Notes: generated from the sequence alone by a model not told the origin. A stretch of DNA of 64,000 nt from an uncultured Pelagibacteraceae bacterium (GCA_902602655.1 CACKRM010000001.1:31591-95590), one strand, 5' to 3'. Shown: positions 1-10,239, numbered from the stretch's first letter. A program made the numbers and translations.

Positions 1-210
1 TCTTCCTTATTTGACAGTCGAGTTTTGTTTTCGGAACCAGTAAAGTACTTTGCAAGATTAAAATCTTTAAATAAGGATAATAATGTTCAGTTACTTAAAT
101 GCAGGACTGAACCTTCTTCTCATGGAGGACCTTCGGGAAGAGATAACGCTATAAATGAATTAGCCGAAGAATTTAGTTTTATTTTAAAAACTTCAAAAAT
201 TACAAAATAA
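1..210 (+). CDS. ptrB: Oligopeptidase B / S9 family peptidase, C-terminal fragment (runs off window start)
   Basis: Frame 1 is open from base 1: SSLFDSRVLFSEPVKYFARL...SHGGPSGR, matching the S9A catalytic Asp (DxRV..EP.K) and His (HGG.SGR) motifs. Confidence 0.8.
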   Translation, partial: SSLFDSRVLFSEPVKYFARLKSLNKDNNVQLLKCRTEPSSHGGPSGRDNAINELAEEFSFILKTSKITK

Positions 211-214
211 ATTT

Positions 215-511
215 TTAAAAACAATTTTTACTAGTATAACCTACTACTATATCTCTAGGATTTATCTCAAATTTTCTTACACATTTAATTTTAAGCTTTT
301 CCGTGACGTAAACATAGTTTCTATTTGAGTTGTTTAGAAACTCTATCTTGTCAGGTTTGCCGAAATCTATTTTGAGTTCTGTTTCTGTTTTCTTTAACCA
401 TTCGCTTAGTTTTTTGTCCTCTTTCTCAATATTAGAATCAATTTTTTCTGATACTGTTTGGCAAGAAAATAAGGATGATATTAATATAAATAAAACGAAT
501 TTTTTTTTCAT
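215..511 (-). CDS. Small hypothetical lipoprotein
   Basis: MKKK, hydrophobic stretch, lipobox-like LFSC; FGKPD motif reminiscent of SmpA/OmlA-like folds. Confidence 0.65.
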   Translation of the reverse strand: MKKKFVLFILISSLFSCQTVSEKIDSNIEKEDKKLSEWLKKTETELKIDFGKPDKIEFLNNSNRNYVYVTEKLKIKCVRKFEINPRDIVVGYTSKNCF

Positions 512-667
512 ATTTTTTTCAACTTAATCTAGAATATATATGAATCTTATAAACAGAAATATTGCCTAATAGTTGTATAATTATCTTAAAATGAATATTT
601 TACGGGCTTTTCTTTAAAATAATAGTATTAATTAGGCTCAATTTGGACAAATTTAAACGGAGGAAAA

Positions 668-1978
668 ATGTTAGACAAATACTTTCAATACAAAAAACAT
701 AAGACAAATTTTAGAACAGAAGTCATTGCTGGTGTAACAACTTTTTTAACTATGGCTTATATAATGTTCTTAAATCCATTTATACTTTCAGGAGAATTTG
801 CGGGTCCTGAAAAAGGTTTTTTTGATTTCGGAGCTGTGTTCACAGCAACGATAGTCGCTGCAGCTTTATCTTGTTTCATTATGGGATTTTACGGAAAAAC
901 TTGGCCGATAGGCTTAGCTTCTGGAATGGGAATAAACGCCTTCGTAGCTTTCGGTGTTGTAGCTGGTATGGGTTATACTCCACAAGAAGCTTTAGGCGGA
1001 GTGTTAGTGGCGGGTGTTCTCTTCTTGGCTATATCATTAACACCTATTAGAGCATGGATAATAAATTCGATTCCAAAAAGTTTAAAGCTGGGTATTGGAG
1101 CAGGAATAGGATTATTTTTAGCAATTATTGGTTTAGAAATTATGGGAGTGGTTGCTGACCATCCTGTAACACTTGTCACTCTAGGGGATATTAAAAATCC
1201 TCTAGTGATTTTAGGCTGTCTTGCTTTTGTTGCAATGATAGTTCTGGAAAAAATGAAAATTAGAGGAAATATAATAATTGGAATTTTGGTATTTAGCGTA
1301 ATAGCTTGGGTCACTGGCCTTGCAAAATTTAATGGTCTGGTTAGTAGCCCGCCTCCAATGACTTATCTTTTTGCTTTTGATTTAAATGCGGCTTTTACAG
1401 CTGGAATGTCGACAGTAATTTTTACATTATTGTTCATTGACTTTTTTGATACTGCTGGAACTTTGACTTCAGTAGCGAATGTTGCTGGAAAAGTAGATAA
1501 ACAAGGTAAAGTAAAAGATATAGAAAAAGCTATGCTTTCAGACAGTGTTGGTACAGTTGCTGGCGCATTCATGGGTACTACTACAGTAACAAGTTATGTA
1601 GAATCAGGAGCAGGTGTTAAAGCCGGCGGAAAAACAGGGATGACATCTTTAGTTATAGGTGTTTTATTTTTAGCATGTCTATTCTTTTCTCCATTAGCAA
1701 CTAGTTTACCTAAAGAAATAGATGGTGCTGCTCTGGTTTATGTGGCTATTCTCTTTGTTAGAAATATTACAGATATAGAGTGGAACGACATAGCTGAATC
1801 TGGGCCAGCTGTTTTAGCAGCTATAACAATGCCTTTGACATATTCCATAAGTAATGGAATAGCTTTGGCTTTTATAAGTTACGCTCTAATAAAAATATTT
1901 ACAGGGAAATTTAATAGCACGTCACCGGCTATATGGGTTGTTGCCCTCTTAAGTCTTGGTAGTTTTCTTGTTGCTTAA
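668..1978 (+). CDS. NCS2/AzgA family purine permease
   Basis: TEVIAGVTTFLTMAYI, GMGINAF, DFFDTAGTL, YVESGAGVKAGGKTG motifs; many TM segments; GGAGG RBS upstream. Confidence 0.92.
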   Translation: MLDKYFQYKKHKTNFRTEVIAGVTTFLTMAYIMFLNPFILSGEFAGPEKGFFDFGAVFTATIVAAALSCFIMGFYGKTWPIGLASGMGINAFVAFGVVAGMGYTPQEALGGVLVAGVLFLAISLTPIRAWIINSIPKSLKLGIGAGIGLFLAIIGLEIMGVVADHPVTLVTLGDIKNPLVILGCLAFVAMIVLEKMKIRGNIIIGILVFSVIAWVTGLAKFNGLVSSPPPMTYLFAFDLNAAFTAGMSTVIFTLLFIDFFDTAGTLTSVANVAGKVDKQGKVKDIEKAMLSDSVGTVAGAFMGTTTVTSYVESGAGVKAGGKTGMTSLVIGVLFLACLFFSPLATSLPKEIDGAALVYVAILFVRNITDIEWNDIAESGPAVLAAITMPLTYSISNGIALAFISYALIKIFTGKFNSTSPAIWVVALLSLGSFLVA

Positions 1979-1990
1979 AAATTAGGTTTA

Positions 1991-2025
1991 GAAAAGGCTG
2001 TCAATTTATTATTGGTGGCCTTTTC
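1991..2025. terminator. Probable bidirectional intrinsic terminator between convergent permease and PRTase
   Basis: GAAAAGGCTGTCAAT-ttatt-ATTGGTGGCCTTTTC hairpin (with G-U pairs on +), A4 and T4 at the ends. Confidence 0.65.
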
Positions 2026-2548
2026 AACTTTTATGCTTCTTTCTTAAAGTTTCTATTCTTATTTCTTCATACTTTTCAAATGGCTGTACGATCCAAGGAT
2101 CATTTGAAAGTTTCACTGCACAATAATCAGGTTCAAAAATAGATTTCTTTTTTTTCCACAAAATTGCTGTCTTGATATTTTTTATTTTTCCCTTTAGAGG
2201 TTGGTAGTTTTTTAACCATTCAATACTTCTATTTAATGTTACACCAGTATCAGAAAGATCATCACATAGAAGCAGGTTTCCCCCAAAATTTTGAACTGTA
2301 GAACTCATTTCTCTTGAAAAAATTAACTCTCCCTGTTGATCTTCTATCCCTTTACCTGAATAAGATTCAACGGCTAAGTAAGCACATTTTAGTTTAAAAA
2401 CTCTACTTAAAACATCAATAATAGGTGCGCCACCTCGCATAATGCCAATTAAAATATCAGGCTTAAAATTACTATCAGCTATTTGTATTGCAAGTTTTTC
2501 AACTGTTGAATTATACTCATCCCAGGATATAAAAAGTTTTTCTGCCAT
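2024..2548 (-). CDS. Type I phosphoribosyltransferase (xanthine/guanine PRTase-like)
   Basis: ISWDEY start, IGIMRGG, PRPP-binding LLCDDLSDTGVT, WIVQPFE; next to purine permease. Confidence 0.85.
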   Translation of the reverse strand: MAEKLFISWDEYNSTVEKLAIQIADSNFKPDILIGIMRGGAPIIDVLSRVFKLKCAYLAVESYSGKGIEDQQGELIFSREMSSTVQNFGGNLLLCDDLSDTGVTLNRSIEWLKNYQPLKGKIKNIKTAILWKKKKSIFEPDYCAVKLSNDPWIVQPFEKYEEIRIETLRKKHKS

Positions 2549-2581
2549 AGAAAAAATTAAATCATTTTAAAGGAGATGTAA

Positions 2582-2869
2582 ATGAAAGCTTATTGGATAT
2601 CTATATACGAAAAAGTTGCCGAAACAGAAACACAAAAGGAATATGGAAAAAAAGCTACTATAGCTATACAAAAATATTCAGGAAAGTTTCTAGTTAGAGG
2701 AGGAAAAAATATTTCTAAAGAAGGATCTATTTCTCCTAGAACAGTTATTGCTGAGTTTCCAAGCTTTGAAGATGCAGTTAAGTGTTACAACTCAAATGAG
2801 TATAAGGAAGCTTTAAAAATTTTAAAAGGTAAAGCAATAAGAAATTTACAAATAGTTGAAGGAATTTAA
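2582..2869 (+). CDS. DUF1330 domain protein
   Basis: MKAYWI, YSGKFLVRGG, EFPSFEDA..CYNSNEY..A, VEG pattern. Confidence 0.85.
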   Translation: MKAYWISIYEKVAETETQKEYGKKATIAIQKYSGKFLVRGGKNISKEGSISPRTVIAEFPSFEDAVKCYNSNEYKEALKILKGKAIRNLQIVEGI

Positions 2870-3483
2870 TATTGAACGGGCTCAGTATCTATCGACCTCC
2901 AAAGATACCATGTAGCTACAGAACAATAAGGTGAAAATTTCTTTTGAATTTTTTTTACAAAACTTTTAGGAGGTAAATACTTCTTTTTATAATTAACAGA
3001 GATCGCTCTAAGCAAACCTATATCTTGAACTGGCCAAATGTTTGGTCGATTAAAAAAGAAAAGTAGCGCCATTTCAGCAGACCATCTACCGATCTGTCTT
3101 AGGCTAGAAAGATAAACAATTGCTTCTTCATCATTCATTTTATTTATTAATCTTGGATTAAAAGATTTATCTAAAATTTTCTCTGCTAAACTTTTTATCC
3201 CAAGAGCTTTCATTCTGCTAAGTCCACATCTTCTCATATCTGAAATTTTTAATTTTAACACATTTTTTGGATTAATTTTTCCTTTACATTTTTTTTCAAA
3301 TTTTGAAAAGATTGAATCGGCAGCTTTGATACTTATTTGTTGTGATATGATAGATCTTGTAAGAGAATAAAAAAAATTATTTCTAGAGGTTAAATGTCCT
3401 TTAAATTTACTAATTAAATTAAACATAACTTTGTCTTTCGACAAATACCTTTTTGCCTTTTCCCAATAAACTGGTTTCTTCAT
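2866..3483 (-). CDS. alkA: DNA-3-methyladenine glycosylase (AlkA/HhH-GPD family)
   Basis: SIISQQIS.KAA, GLSRMK, HhH IGRWSAEM, PVQDIG, PYCSVATWYLWR. Confidence 0.85.
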   Translation of the reverse strand: MKKPVYWEKAKRYLSKDKVMFNLISKFKGHLTSRNNFFYSLTRSIISQQISIKAADSIFSKFEKKCKGKINPKNVLKLKISDMRRCGLSRMKALGIKSLAEKILDKSFNPRLINKMNDEEAIVYLSSLRQIGRWSAEMALLFFFNRPNIWPVQDIGLLRAISVNYKKKYLPPKSFVKKIQKKFSPYCSVATWYLWRSIDTEPVQY

Positions 3484-4367
3484 GACCTTGGTGGAATAAC
3501 CTGTTTGTTTAGAGAAGTTTCTCTCCTAAATATAATTAAAGAGCTGATTATTACTAATAAAGCTCCAAATAACATCATAGGTTTTGGTATCTCGTTCCAA
3601 ATATAAAAGCCAAAAAATAGTGCAAACAACAAAGATAAGTATTTTATAGGGGAAACAAGGCTTGCGTCAGCTAGTCGATAAGATTGTGTGAGAAGAAGAT
3701 TTGCCACACCACCTGAAAGTCCTAAAACAACAAACAGAAATAATTCAAATTTAGAAGGTGTCTCCCATCCCATTGGCAAAGTTAACAAGCTTAAAAATAA
3801 AACTAAAACGGTAAAGTAAAAGGCAATTAAATAATTTGGCTCAGTTTTAGATAGTGACCTAATGCTAATAGCAACAAAACTAAATCCAATACAAAAAATT
3901 ATTGGAAAAATATAGTATAGATTCATTTCTACAAATGCTGGCTGAATAATGAATAACATTCCAATAAAACCTATAAAGACAGCAGACCATCTTTTTGCTC
4001 CCACCTTTTCTGAAAGAAATATAATTGAAAAAATAGTTACAAATATTGGTCCAGCAAATGTTAGAGAAATTACATCTGCTAAAGGCAGGTTTCTTAATGC
4101 AATGAATAAAGCAATTATAGCAATCGCACCGCTGATTGCTCTAAAGGCATGTAAAATTGGCCTTTTAGTTTTATAGAAAGTAAAAATTTTATTTTTCGGA
4201 ATTAAAAAGAAAATTGGTATGAGTCCAAAAAAAAATCTCATAAATAAAAGCTGGGGAACAGGAAAATTGTCAAGATACTTTACAAGAATATCCATTGTTG
4301 AAAAGCAAACTACACTTCCAACCATATAAAGAACTGCGATTTGAGATCTTGAGAGCAAATTTACCAC
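3480..4367 (-). CDS. DMT/EamA family transporter
   Basis: About 10 TM helices; LSEKVG..RW.AV..GFIG and A.ASLVSP..Y EamA motifs. Confidence 0.88.
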   Translation of the reverse strand: MVNLLSRSQIAVLYMVGSVVCFSTMDILVKYLDNFPVPQLLFMRFFFGLIPIFFLIPKNKIFTFYKTKRPILHAFRAISGAIAIIALFIALRNLPLADVISLTFAGPIFVTIFSIIFLSEKVGAKRWSAVFIGFIGMLFIIQPAFVEMNLYYIFPIIFCIGFSFVAISIRSLSKTEPNYLIAFYFTVLVLFLSLLTLPMGWETPSKFELFLFVVLGLSGGVANLLLTQSYRLADASLVSPIKYLSLLFALFFGFYIWNEIPKPMMLFGALLVIISSLIIFRRETSLNKQVIPPRS

Positions 4368-4409
4368 CTTTCTTTTATTGAAGTATCATATTAGAATTAA
4401 AACTTAAAT

Positions 4410-4859
4410 ATGCAAACTGCTATAGTAGGAATAGGTTGTTTTTGGGTTGAGTCAAAATTTAAAGATCTTAAGGGCGTGATTTCCACAGAAGTAGGGTATT
4501 GCGGAGGTAATACAAGTGAAACAAACTACGAAATGGTTTGCCAAGGCAAGTGCGACTCTGCGGAAGTAATTAAAATAAATTTTGACGAAGAAATGTTAGA
4601 TTATAAGGATCTGTTAAGATTTGTCTTTTCTTCACATGACCCTACAACCTTAAATAGACAAGGACCTGATGTAGGTCGCCAATATCGGAGTGAAATTTTT
4701 TTTATGAATGACAATCAAAAAAAAGAGGCTGAAATAGTTCGAGGAGAATTTAATAAAAAATTTAATGGAGGAGTTGTAACTAAAATTTCAAAGGTTTCTA
4801 ATTATAAAAAAGCTGAAGAATATCATCAAAAATATTATCAAAAAAAAGGAGTGTTGTGA
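4410..4859 (+). CDS. msrA: Peptide methionine sulfoxide reductase A
   Basis: GCFW, VGYCGG, HDPTTLNRQGPDVGRQYRS, AEEYHQKY. Confidence 0.92.
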   Translation: MQTAIVGIGCFWVESKFKDLKGVISTEVGYCGGNTSETNYEMVCQGKCDSAEVIKINFDEEMLDYKDLLRFVFSSHDPTTLNRQGPDVGRQYRSEIFFMNDNQKKEAEIVRGEFNKKFNGGVVTKISKVSNYKKAEEYHQKYYQKKGVL

Positions 4860-5668
4860 GTCTTGTAAGCACAGATTGGTTAGAAAAAAACTTAAATAAA
4901 GTTAAAATTTTTGATGCAACTTGGACTATGAGTAAACGATCTCCAAAAGAAGAATATTTGAAAGAACATATACCTGGTGCGATATTTTTTGATTTAGATG
5001 AACATTCTGACAAGGACAATCCGTTACCTCATCAAATGAGTAATTCGGATTATTGGACTAGAATGCTTTGGTCTTTTGGTATTGAAAATAGCGATCAAAT
5101 TATTTTATACAGCTCAAACTCTGAAATATTTTCAGAGTATAGATTGTGGTTTAACTTAAAATATTTTGGGCATGATGAAAATAAAATAAAAATACTGGAG
5201 GGAGGTTTTTCAAAATGGAAAAAAGAGAATAAACAAATTACGAGTGAACTTCCAAAATTAAAAGAGGTAAAAAATTACAAGGTAAAAGAGAATAAATCTT
5301 GGATCATTAAAAAAAATCAAATTGAAGAGAATATCAAAAAAAAGAAATTTATTTTAGTTGACTCAAGAATAAGTGATCGTTTTGAAGGAAAAATAGAAGA
5401 ACCAAGACCAGGTCTCAAAAGGGGTCATATAGAAAATGCAATTAACATTCCATTTAAGGATTTTGTGAATTTAGAAAATAACACATTAAAAAATGAAGAT
5501 GAGCTAAAGGAACTTTTTAATAAAAAAAACATTAAATATAACGATGAAGTAGTATTCTACTGTGGTTCTGGCACTAGCTGTGCTGTTAACGCATTTACCT
5601 GGAACAAAATAACTGGTAAAAGTCCTCAGATATACATGGGCAGCTGGAGTGAATTTGGAAAAAAATGA
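4856..5668 (+). CDS. sseA: Tandem-domain rhodanese / mercaptopyruvate sulfurtransferase
   Basis: LVSTDWL, HIPGA, EPRPGLKRGHI, active loop CGSGTS, GSWSE. Confidence 0.88.
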   Translation: MSLVSTDWLEKNLNKVKIFDATWTMSKRSPKEEYLKEHIPGAIFFDLDEHSDKDNPLPHQMSNSDYWTRMLWSFGIENSDQIILYSSNSEIFSEYRLWFNLKYFGHDENKIKILEGGFSKWKKENKQITSELPKLKEVKNYKVKENKSWIIKKNQIEENIKKKKFILVDSRISDRFEGKIEEPRPGLKRGHIENAINIPFKDFVNLENNTLKNEDELKELFNKKNIKYNDEVVFYCGSGTSCAVNAFTWNKITGKSPQIYMGSWSEFGKK

Positions 5669-6531
5669 AAAGATCTAAAAAAGTAACTGTTGGAATAATT
5701 TTATTTTTTGTTGTTGTTATAAGTGTAATTAGCGCAAGAACTGCTATGGGTGTTTATTTTAAAAAAAAATTTGGAACACGTCCTCCTCCAGGTGTAATTG
5801 TTGAAGTAGTTACTGAAAAACAATTTAGCCAAACAATTGAGAGTTACTGTACTGCTATAAGTAGTAAAACTGTTTCTTTTAAAATTAAAAAAAATGAATT
5901 ACTGGAACCAATTAATATTGGCGCTAAAGTAAAAAAAGGTAATGTTATCGCAAAGTTACAATCTAAAAATATTATTGCTCCTTTTTCAGGAAAAACAGGT
6001 ACTAGAGGTATTAGTTCTTCAATACTAGGCACTGACTCAATAATACTTACATTAGATGACTCAAAAAATATTCTTTGTGATCTTCAAATTCCAGAAGTCT
6101 TCGCGGCGGTTCTTAAGAAAGGTTTAAAAGTAAATGCAAAATTTTCTGCTTACAAAGGAAAAGAATATATTGGAGTAATCGAATCTGTAACTTCTAGAAT
6201 TGATGCTCAAACTCGATCAATTTTAGTCAGAGCAAAAATAAAGAATAATAACCTAGAAATACTTCCGGGATCGCTATTGGAAGTTACTGTTAATTATAAT
6301 CAAGGAAACTCTTTAGGAATTCCAGACACAAGTGTATTACTCGAGGGTAATAAAGCTTATGTATATAAAATTTCAGAGGAAAATTTAGCAAATAAAACTG
6401 AGGTTGTAATTGGTTTGAGGAACAAAGGAAATATTGAAATTATATCAGGACTCAGTGAGGGGGACATTATAGTTGCTGAAGGTTTAAAAAAAGTAAGACC
6501 TAGAGGAAAAGTTAACCCGATTAATAAATAA
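5665..6531 (+). CDS. RND efflux periplasmic adaptor (lacks alpha-hairpin)
   Basis: N-terminal TM, VKKG...APFSG lipoyl halves, RIDAQTRS, LPG, GLSEGD.IV.EG; directly upstream of RND permease. Confidence 0.88.
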   Translation: MKRSKKVTVGIILFFVVVISVISARTAMGVYFKKKFGTRPPPGVIVEVVTEKQFSQTIESYCTAISSKTVSFKIKKNELLEPINIGAKVKKGNVIAKLQSKNIIAPFSGKTGTRGISSSILGTDSIILTLDDSKNILCDLQIPEVFAAVLKKGLKVNAKFSAYKGKEYIGVIESVTSRIDAQTRSILVRAKIKNNNLEILPGSLLEVTVNYNQGNSLGIPDTSVLLEGNKAYVYKISEENLANKTEVVIGLRNKGNIEIISGLSEGDIIVAEGLKKVRPRGKVNPINK

Positions 6532-6536
6532 TAAAA

Positions 6537-9500
6537 ATGTATATAACTGATGTTAGTATTAGAAGGCCAGTTGTTGCTTGGGTATTTTCTTTAATTTTAG
6601 TTGTATTCGGTATATTTGTTTTTTCAAAATTACCCGTTCGAGAACTTCCAGCTGGTCTCCAGCCCCCCGTAGTTCAAATTAAAGTTGATTATAAATCAGC
6701 TTCTGCAGTTATCGTTGACGAAGAAGTCACTCAAGTTATTGAAGAAGTAATAGGTGGAGCTGAAGGAATTAAGAATATTGATTCAAAATCAGAGAATGGG
6801 AGAAGTACAATTAATGTAGAATTCGATACTGAAATTGATTTAGACAATGCTGCAAATGATATAAGAGAGAGGGTAGCTAGAATTGTAGACAACTTGCCGA
6901 CTGAATCAAAGCCACCTCAAATTTTAAAACAGGCAGCTGGTTTTACCACAACTCTTTGGATAGCTCTATCCTCAAAAACTTGGAGTGACTTAGAATTAGG
7001 AGATTATGCAGATAGGTATTTGGTAGATCAATTTTCATCGATTAAAAATGTTGGAAGAATTAGAACTGGAGGATTAAGGGAGCTAAGTGTAAGAGTTTGG
7101 ATCGATCCTATTAAGCTCGCAGCAAATAATCTAACTATTCAGGAAGTAGAGCAAGCTCTTAGGAGTGAGAATATAAGTCTTCCAGCAGGAAGTTTAGAGT
7201 CTACAAATGTGGATTTAACAATAAATCTTAATAAATCTTACGATGATTTAGAAAAATTAAAACAATTACCAGTCAAAAAAAATAAAAATAGCTTGGTCAG
7301 ACTTTCTGATATTTCAAATATTGAGTTTGGTCCAGTTTCAGAAAAAGCTTTATTTAGAACCCAAAGTAAAAATGCTCTTGATTTAAAAACTGTAGGAATC
7401 GGAATATACGCTAGAAGTGGAGCTTCTACTGTCGAACTCTCAAAGGAGATTAATAAAAAAGTTAAAGAAATTAGGAAAAATCTTCCTGAAGGCCTTGAGC
7501 TTCAAGTAGCTTTTAATAGAGCAACTTATATTAGTTCTGCAATAAATGAAGTGTATAAAACTTTATTTGTAGCTTTTATTTTAGTAGTAGCAATAATTTA
7601 TTTATTTTTAGGCAACATTAAAGCTGTCATTGTACCAGCCATTGCTTTGCCAGTAAGTTTAATTGCAACTTTTTTAGGTATTTATATTTTTGACTTATCA
7701 ATAAATATTTTTGTTTTGTTAAGCTTTATTTTAGCTATAGGAATAATTACAGATGACTCAGTAATTATGACAGATGCTATATATCGAAGAATAGAAAATG
7801 GTGAAAATTCTCTCGTTGCTGCATATAAAGGATCTAAACAAATAACTTTTGCTATAGTAGCTACAACTTTAATTTTAATCGCAGTTTTTTTACCACTTAT
7901 TTTTATTGAAGGAATTGCTGGAACTTTATTTAGAGAAACTGCTATAGCTTTATCTTTTGCTATTGTAGTTTCGTCCTTCGTTGCTTTAACACTATCCCCA
8001 ATGTTGGGAAGTAAATTTTTAAATAAAAAACCAAAAACAAATTATTTTGTAATTAAATTTGACAAGTTTTTTAGAGGTTTTTCTGAATTTTATAGTGAAA
8101 CGCTTAAATATTGGTTAATTAGAAAAAAAACAATCGTTGTTTTCATGTTGGTAATGATTGCTGGATCATTTTTGATGTACGACATTACAAAAAAAGAACT
8201 TTTACCAACTGAGGACAGAGGTGCTTATTTAGTTATAGGATTTACAGATGAAGGAAGTTCCTTTCAATACACTCAAAATAGAGCTGAGGATGTTGAAAAA
8301 AGACTCATACCATTATTAAAATCAGAAGATAGTCCGTATAGAAAATTTTTAATGATTGTTCCAGGTTTTGGTTCTGAAAATAGTTTTCTTATTATCGCAC
8401 TATTAGATCATTGGAAAAATAGAAGTGAAAATTCACAAAAAATAATGAGACAAGCCATTGGTAAAATTGTTACAGTACCGCAAACTTTAGCATTTCCAAT
8501 CTCCCCTCAAGCGATAAGAGTATCAAATTATAATAAACCTGTTCAAATGGTTATATATGGGAATACATATGATGAGCTCGAATTTCTACAATCAAAGGTA
8601 ATAGGAAAATTACACAAAAACAAGAACTTATCTAGAATTGAATCTGATTACACTAGAAACAAGCCTGAATTAAAATTAGTTATAAATAAAAATAAAGCTA
8701 AGGATTTAGATATATCTACTCAAGATATTGGGGAAACACTAGAAACTTTATATGGAGGAAAAACTGTAACTAAATTTAATAAACTGGGAAAAGAATATCC
8801 TTTAATTGTTCAACAATATATAGAAGATAGACGTGATAGAGAAAGTTTAAGTAAAATATTTGTAAGATCAAAAACTACTGGCGGTCTCGTATCTCTAGCA
8901 AATTTAGTTGATCTGAAGGAGGAAGGGTCTGCAAATAAATTATCAAGATATAATAGACAAAGAGCTGTAACTATTTCAGCAAACATTAGTGAAGGCTACA
9001 CACTAGAAGAAGCTATAAAATATCTTGAAAAAACAATGCTTGAGATAGCTCCGGATAAACAAATAACATGGAAAGGCAAGTCTGAAGAGTTAAAAGAAAC
9101 TAGTAATGAATTGTACCTAATTTTTGCCTTAGCTCTTCTAACTGCTTTTTTAGTGATGGCGGCAACATTTAATTCATTTGTCCATCCTTTTATTATTATT
9201 TTGACAGTACCCCTTGCTGTTTTTGGTGGTCTGACATTTATTCAATTTTTAAATAGTTCAATAAATATTTTTTCACAAATTGCTTTGATTATTTTGATAG
9301 GAATTTCTACAAAGAATAGTATCCTTATAGTCGAATATGCTAATCAATTAAGAATAGCAGGAAAAAACATTGAGAGTGCAATTAAGGAGTCTTGTAACTT
9401 AAGATTTAGGCCTATTATTATGACATCATTAAGTACCATTTTTGCAATGATACCTTTGTGCATTGGAAATATTGGCCCTGGTGCTGGTGAGGGGTCAAGA

Positions 9501-9650
9501 TTAGCCATAGGGGCAACTATATTGGGAGGAATGGTGATATCAACCTTTTTTACATTGTATGTAACACCTACAATGTATTTAATTTTAGCAAAAAATACTA
9601 AACGAATGGATGCGATTGATATTCAATTAAATAAAGAACTTAAAAAATAA
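6537..9650 (+). CDS. RND efflux permease (AcrB/MdtC-like)
   Basis: 1037 aa; IRRPV, proton relay TDDSVI and KNSILIVE, RFRPIIMTS. Confidence 0.95.
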   Translation: MYITDVSIRRPVVAWVFSLILVVFGIFVFSKLPVRELPAGLQPPVVQIKVDYKSASAVIVDEEVTQVIEEVIGGAEGIKNIDSKSENGRSTINVEFDTEIDLDNAANDIRERVARIVDNLPTESKPPQILKQAAGFTTTLWIALSSKTWSDLELGDYADRYLVDQFSSIKNVGRIRTGGLRELSVRVWIDPIKLAANNLTIQEVEQALRSENISLPAGSLESTNVDLTINLNKSYDDLEKLKQLPVKKNKNSLVRLSDISNIEFGPVSEKALFRTQSKNALDLKTVGIGIYARSGASTVELSKEINKKVKEIRKNLPEGLELQVAFNRATYISSAINEVYKTLFVAFILVVAIIYLFLGNIKAVIVPAIALPVSLIATFLGIYIFDLSINIFVLLSFILAIGIITDDSVIMTDAIYRRIENGENSLVAAYKGSKQITFAIVATTLILIAVFLPLIFIEGIAGTLFRETAIALSFAIVVSSFVALTLSPMLGSKFLNKKPKTNYFVIKFDKFFRGFSEFYSETLKYWLIRKKTIVVFMLVMIAGSFLMYDITKKELLPTEDRGAYLVIGFTDEGSSFQYTQNRAEDVEKRLIPLLKSEDSPYRKFLMIVPGFGSENSFLIIALLDHWKNRSENSQKIMRQAIGKIVTVPQTLAFPISPQAIRVSNYNKPVQMVIYGNTYDELEFLQSKVIGKLHKNKNLSRIESDYTRNKPELKLVINKNKAKDLDISTQDIGETLETLYGGKTVTKFNKLGKEYPLIVQQYIEDRRDRESLSKIFVRSKTTGGLVSLANLVDLKEEGSANKLSRYNRQRAVTISANISEGYTLEEAIKYLEKTMLEIAPDKQITWKGKSEELKETSNELYLIFALALLTAFLVMAATFNSFVHPFIIILTVPLAVFGGLTFIQFLNSSINIFSQIALIILIGISTKNSILIVEYANQLRIAGKNIESAIKESCNLRFRPIIMTSLSTIFAMIPLCIGNIGPGAGEGSRLAIGATILGGMVISTFFTLYVTPTMYLILAKNTKRMDAIDIQLNKELKK

Positions 9651-10239
9651 TATACTTATTTTTATCAAGATTCTTTCTACATAAACTAAGCTGTTTTCTA
9701 TAGTTGTTTGAAATTTCTCTAACTGACTGAGCATATATTATTGCCTTTTTATCTTTTTTATAATTTTTGTAATCACCCCAGCCCAAATAGTACGCTAAGT
9801 ATAATTTATAAGCATCTTTTTTTGAAATTTTTAAAAGCTTTGAGGTTTTATCGTTATACCAGCCAATAAAATCAACTGAGTCTTTAAATCTTGCCCTCGT
9901 AGCTAACTTATTTCCGGTTTCTCTTTTGTATTGTGCCCATGTCCCTTTCACAGCTTGAGAATAACCAAAGGAACTAGATTTACGCTTATAAGGGATAACT
10001 TTAAATAATTTATGGCGAGGTGGTTTAGCTAGCCAATTAAAATCACTTTCCTTTTTTACAAAAGCTAACTGAATATAAACCGGGATACCCCATTTCTCTT
10101 CAGTTTTTTTTGTATGTTTGTACCATAAATAACGATCTTCAAAGATTGCACAGCTATTTTTAGTATTTTTAGGAATAGAAGAACAGGCAGCAAGAAAAAA
10201 TAATAAAATTAACAAGTAAAAATTCGTTTTTCGAATCAT
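9640..10239 (-). CDS. Lipoprotein with transglycosylase SLT-like domain
   Basis: Lipobox LAAC; KES.F, SSSFGYSQA..GTW, DFIGWY, YLAYYLG.G. Confidence 0.8.
   Translation of the reverse strand: MIRKTNFYLLILLFFLAACSSIPKNTKNSCAIFEDRYLWYKHTKKTEEKWGIPVYIQLAFVKKESDFNWLAKPPRHKLFKVIPYKRKSSSFGYSQAVKGTWAQYKRETGNKLATRARFKDSVDFIGWYNDKTSKLLKISKKDAYKLYLAYYLGWGDYKNYKKDKKAIIYAQSVREISNNYRKQLSLCRKNLDKNKYIIF

Noticed and set aside
512-667. Canonical purine riboswitch before the NCS2 permease
   Set aside because: Core elements (UAUGG loop, UUUCUACC, CCGUAAA) are missing
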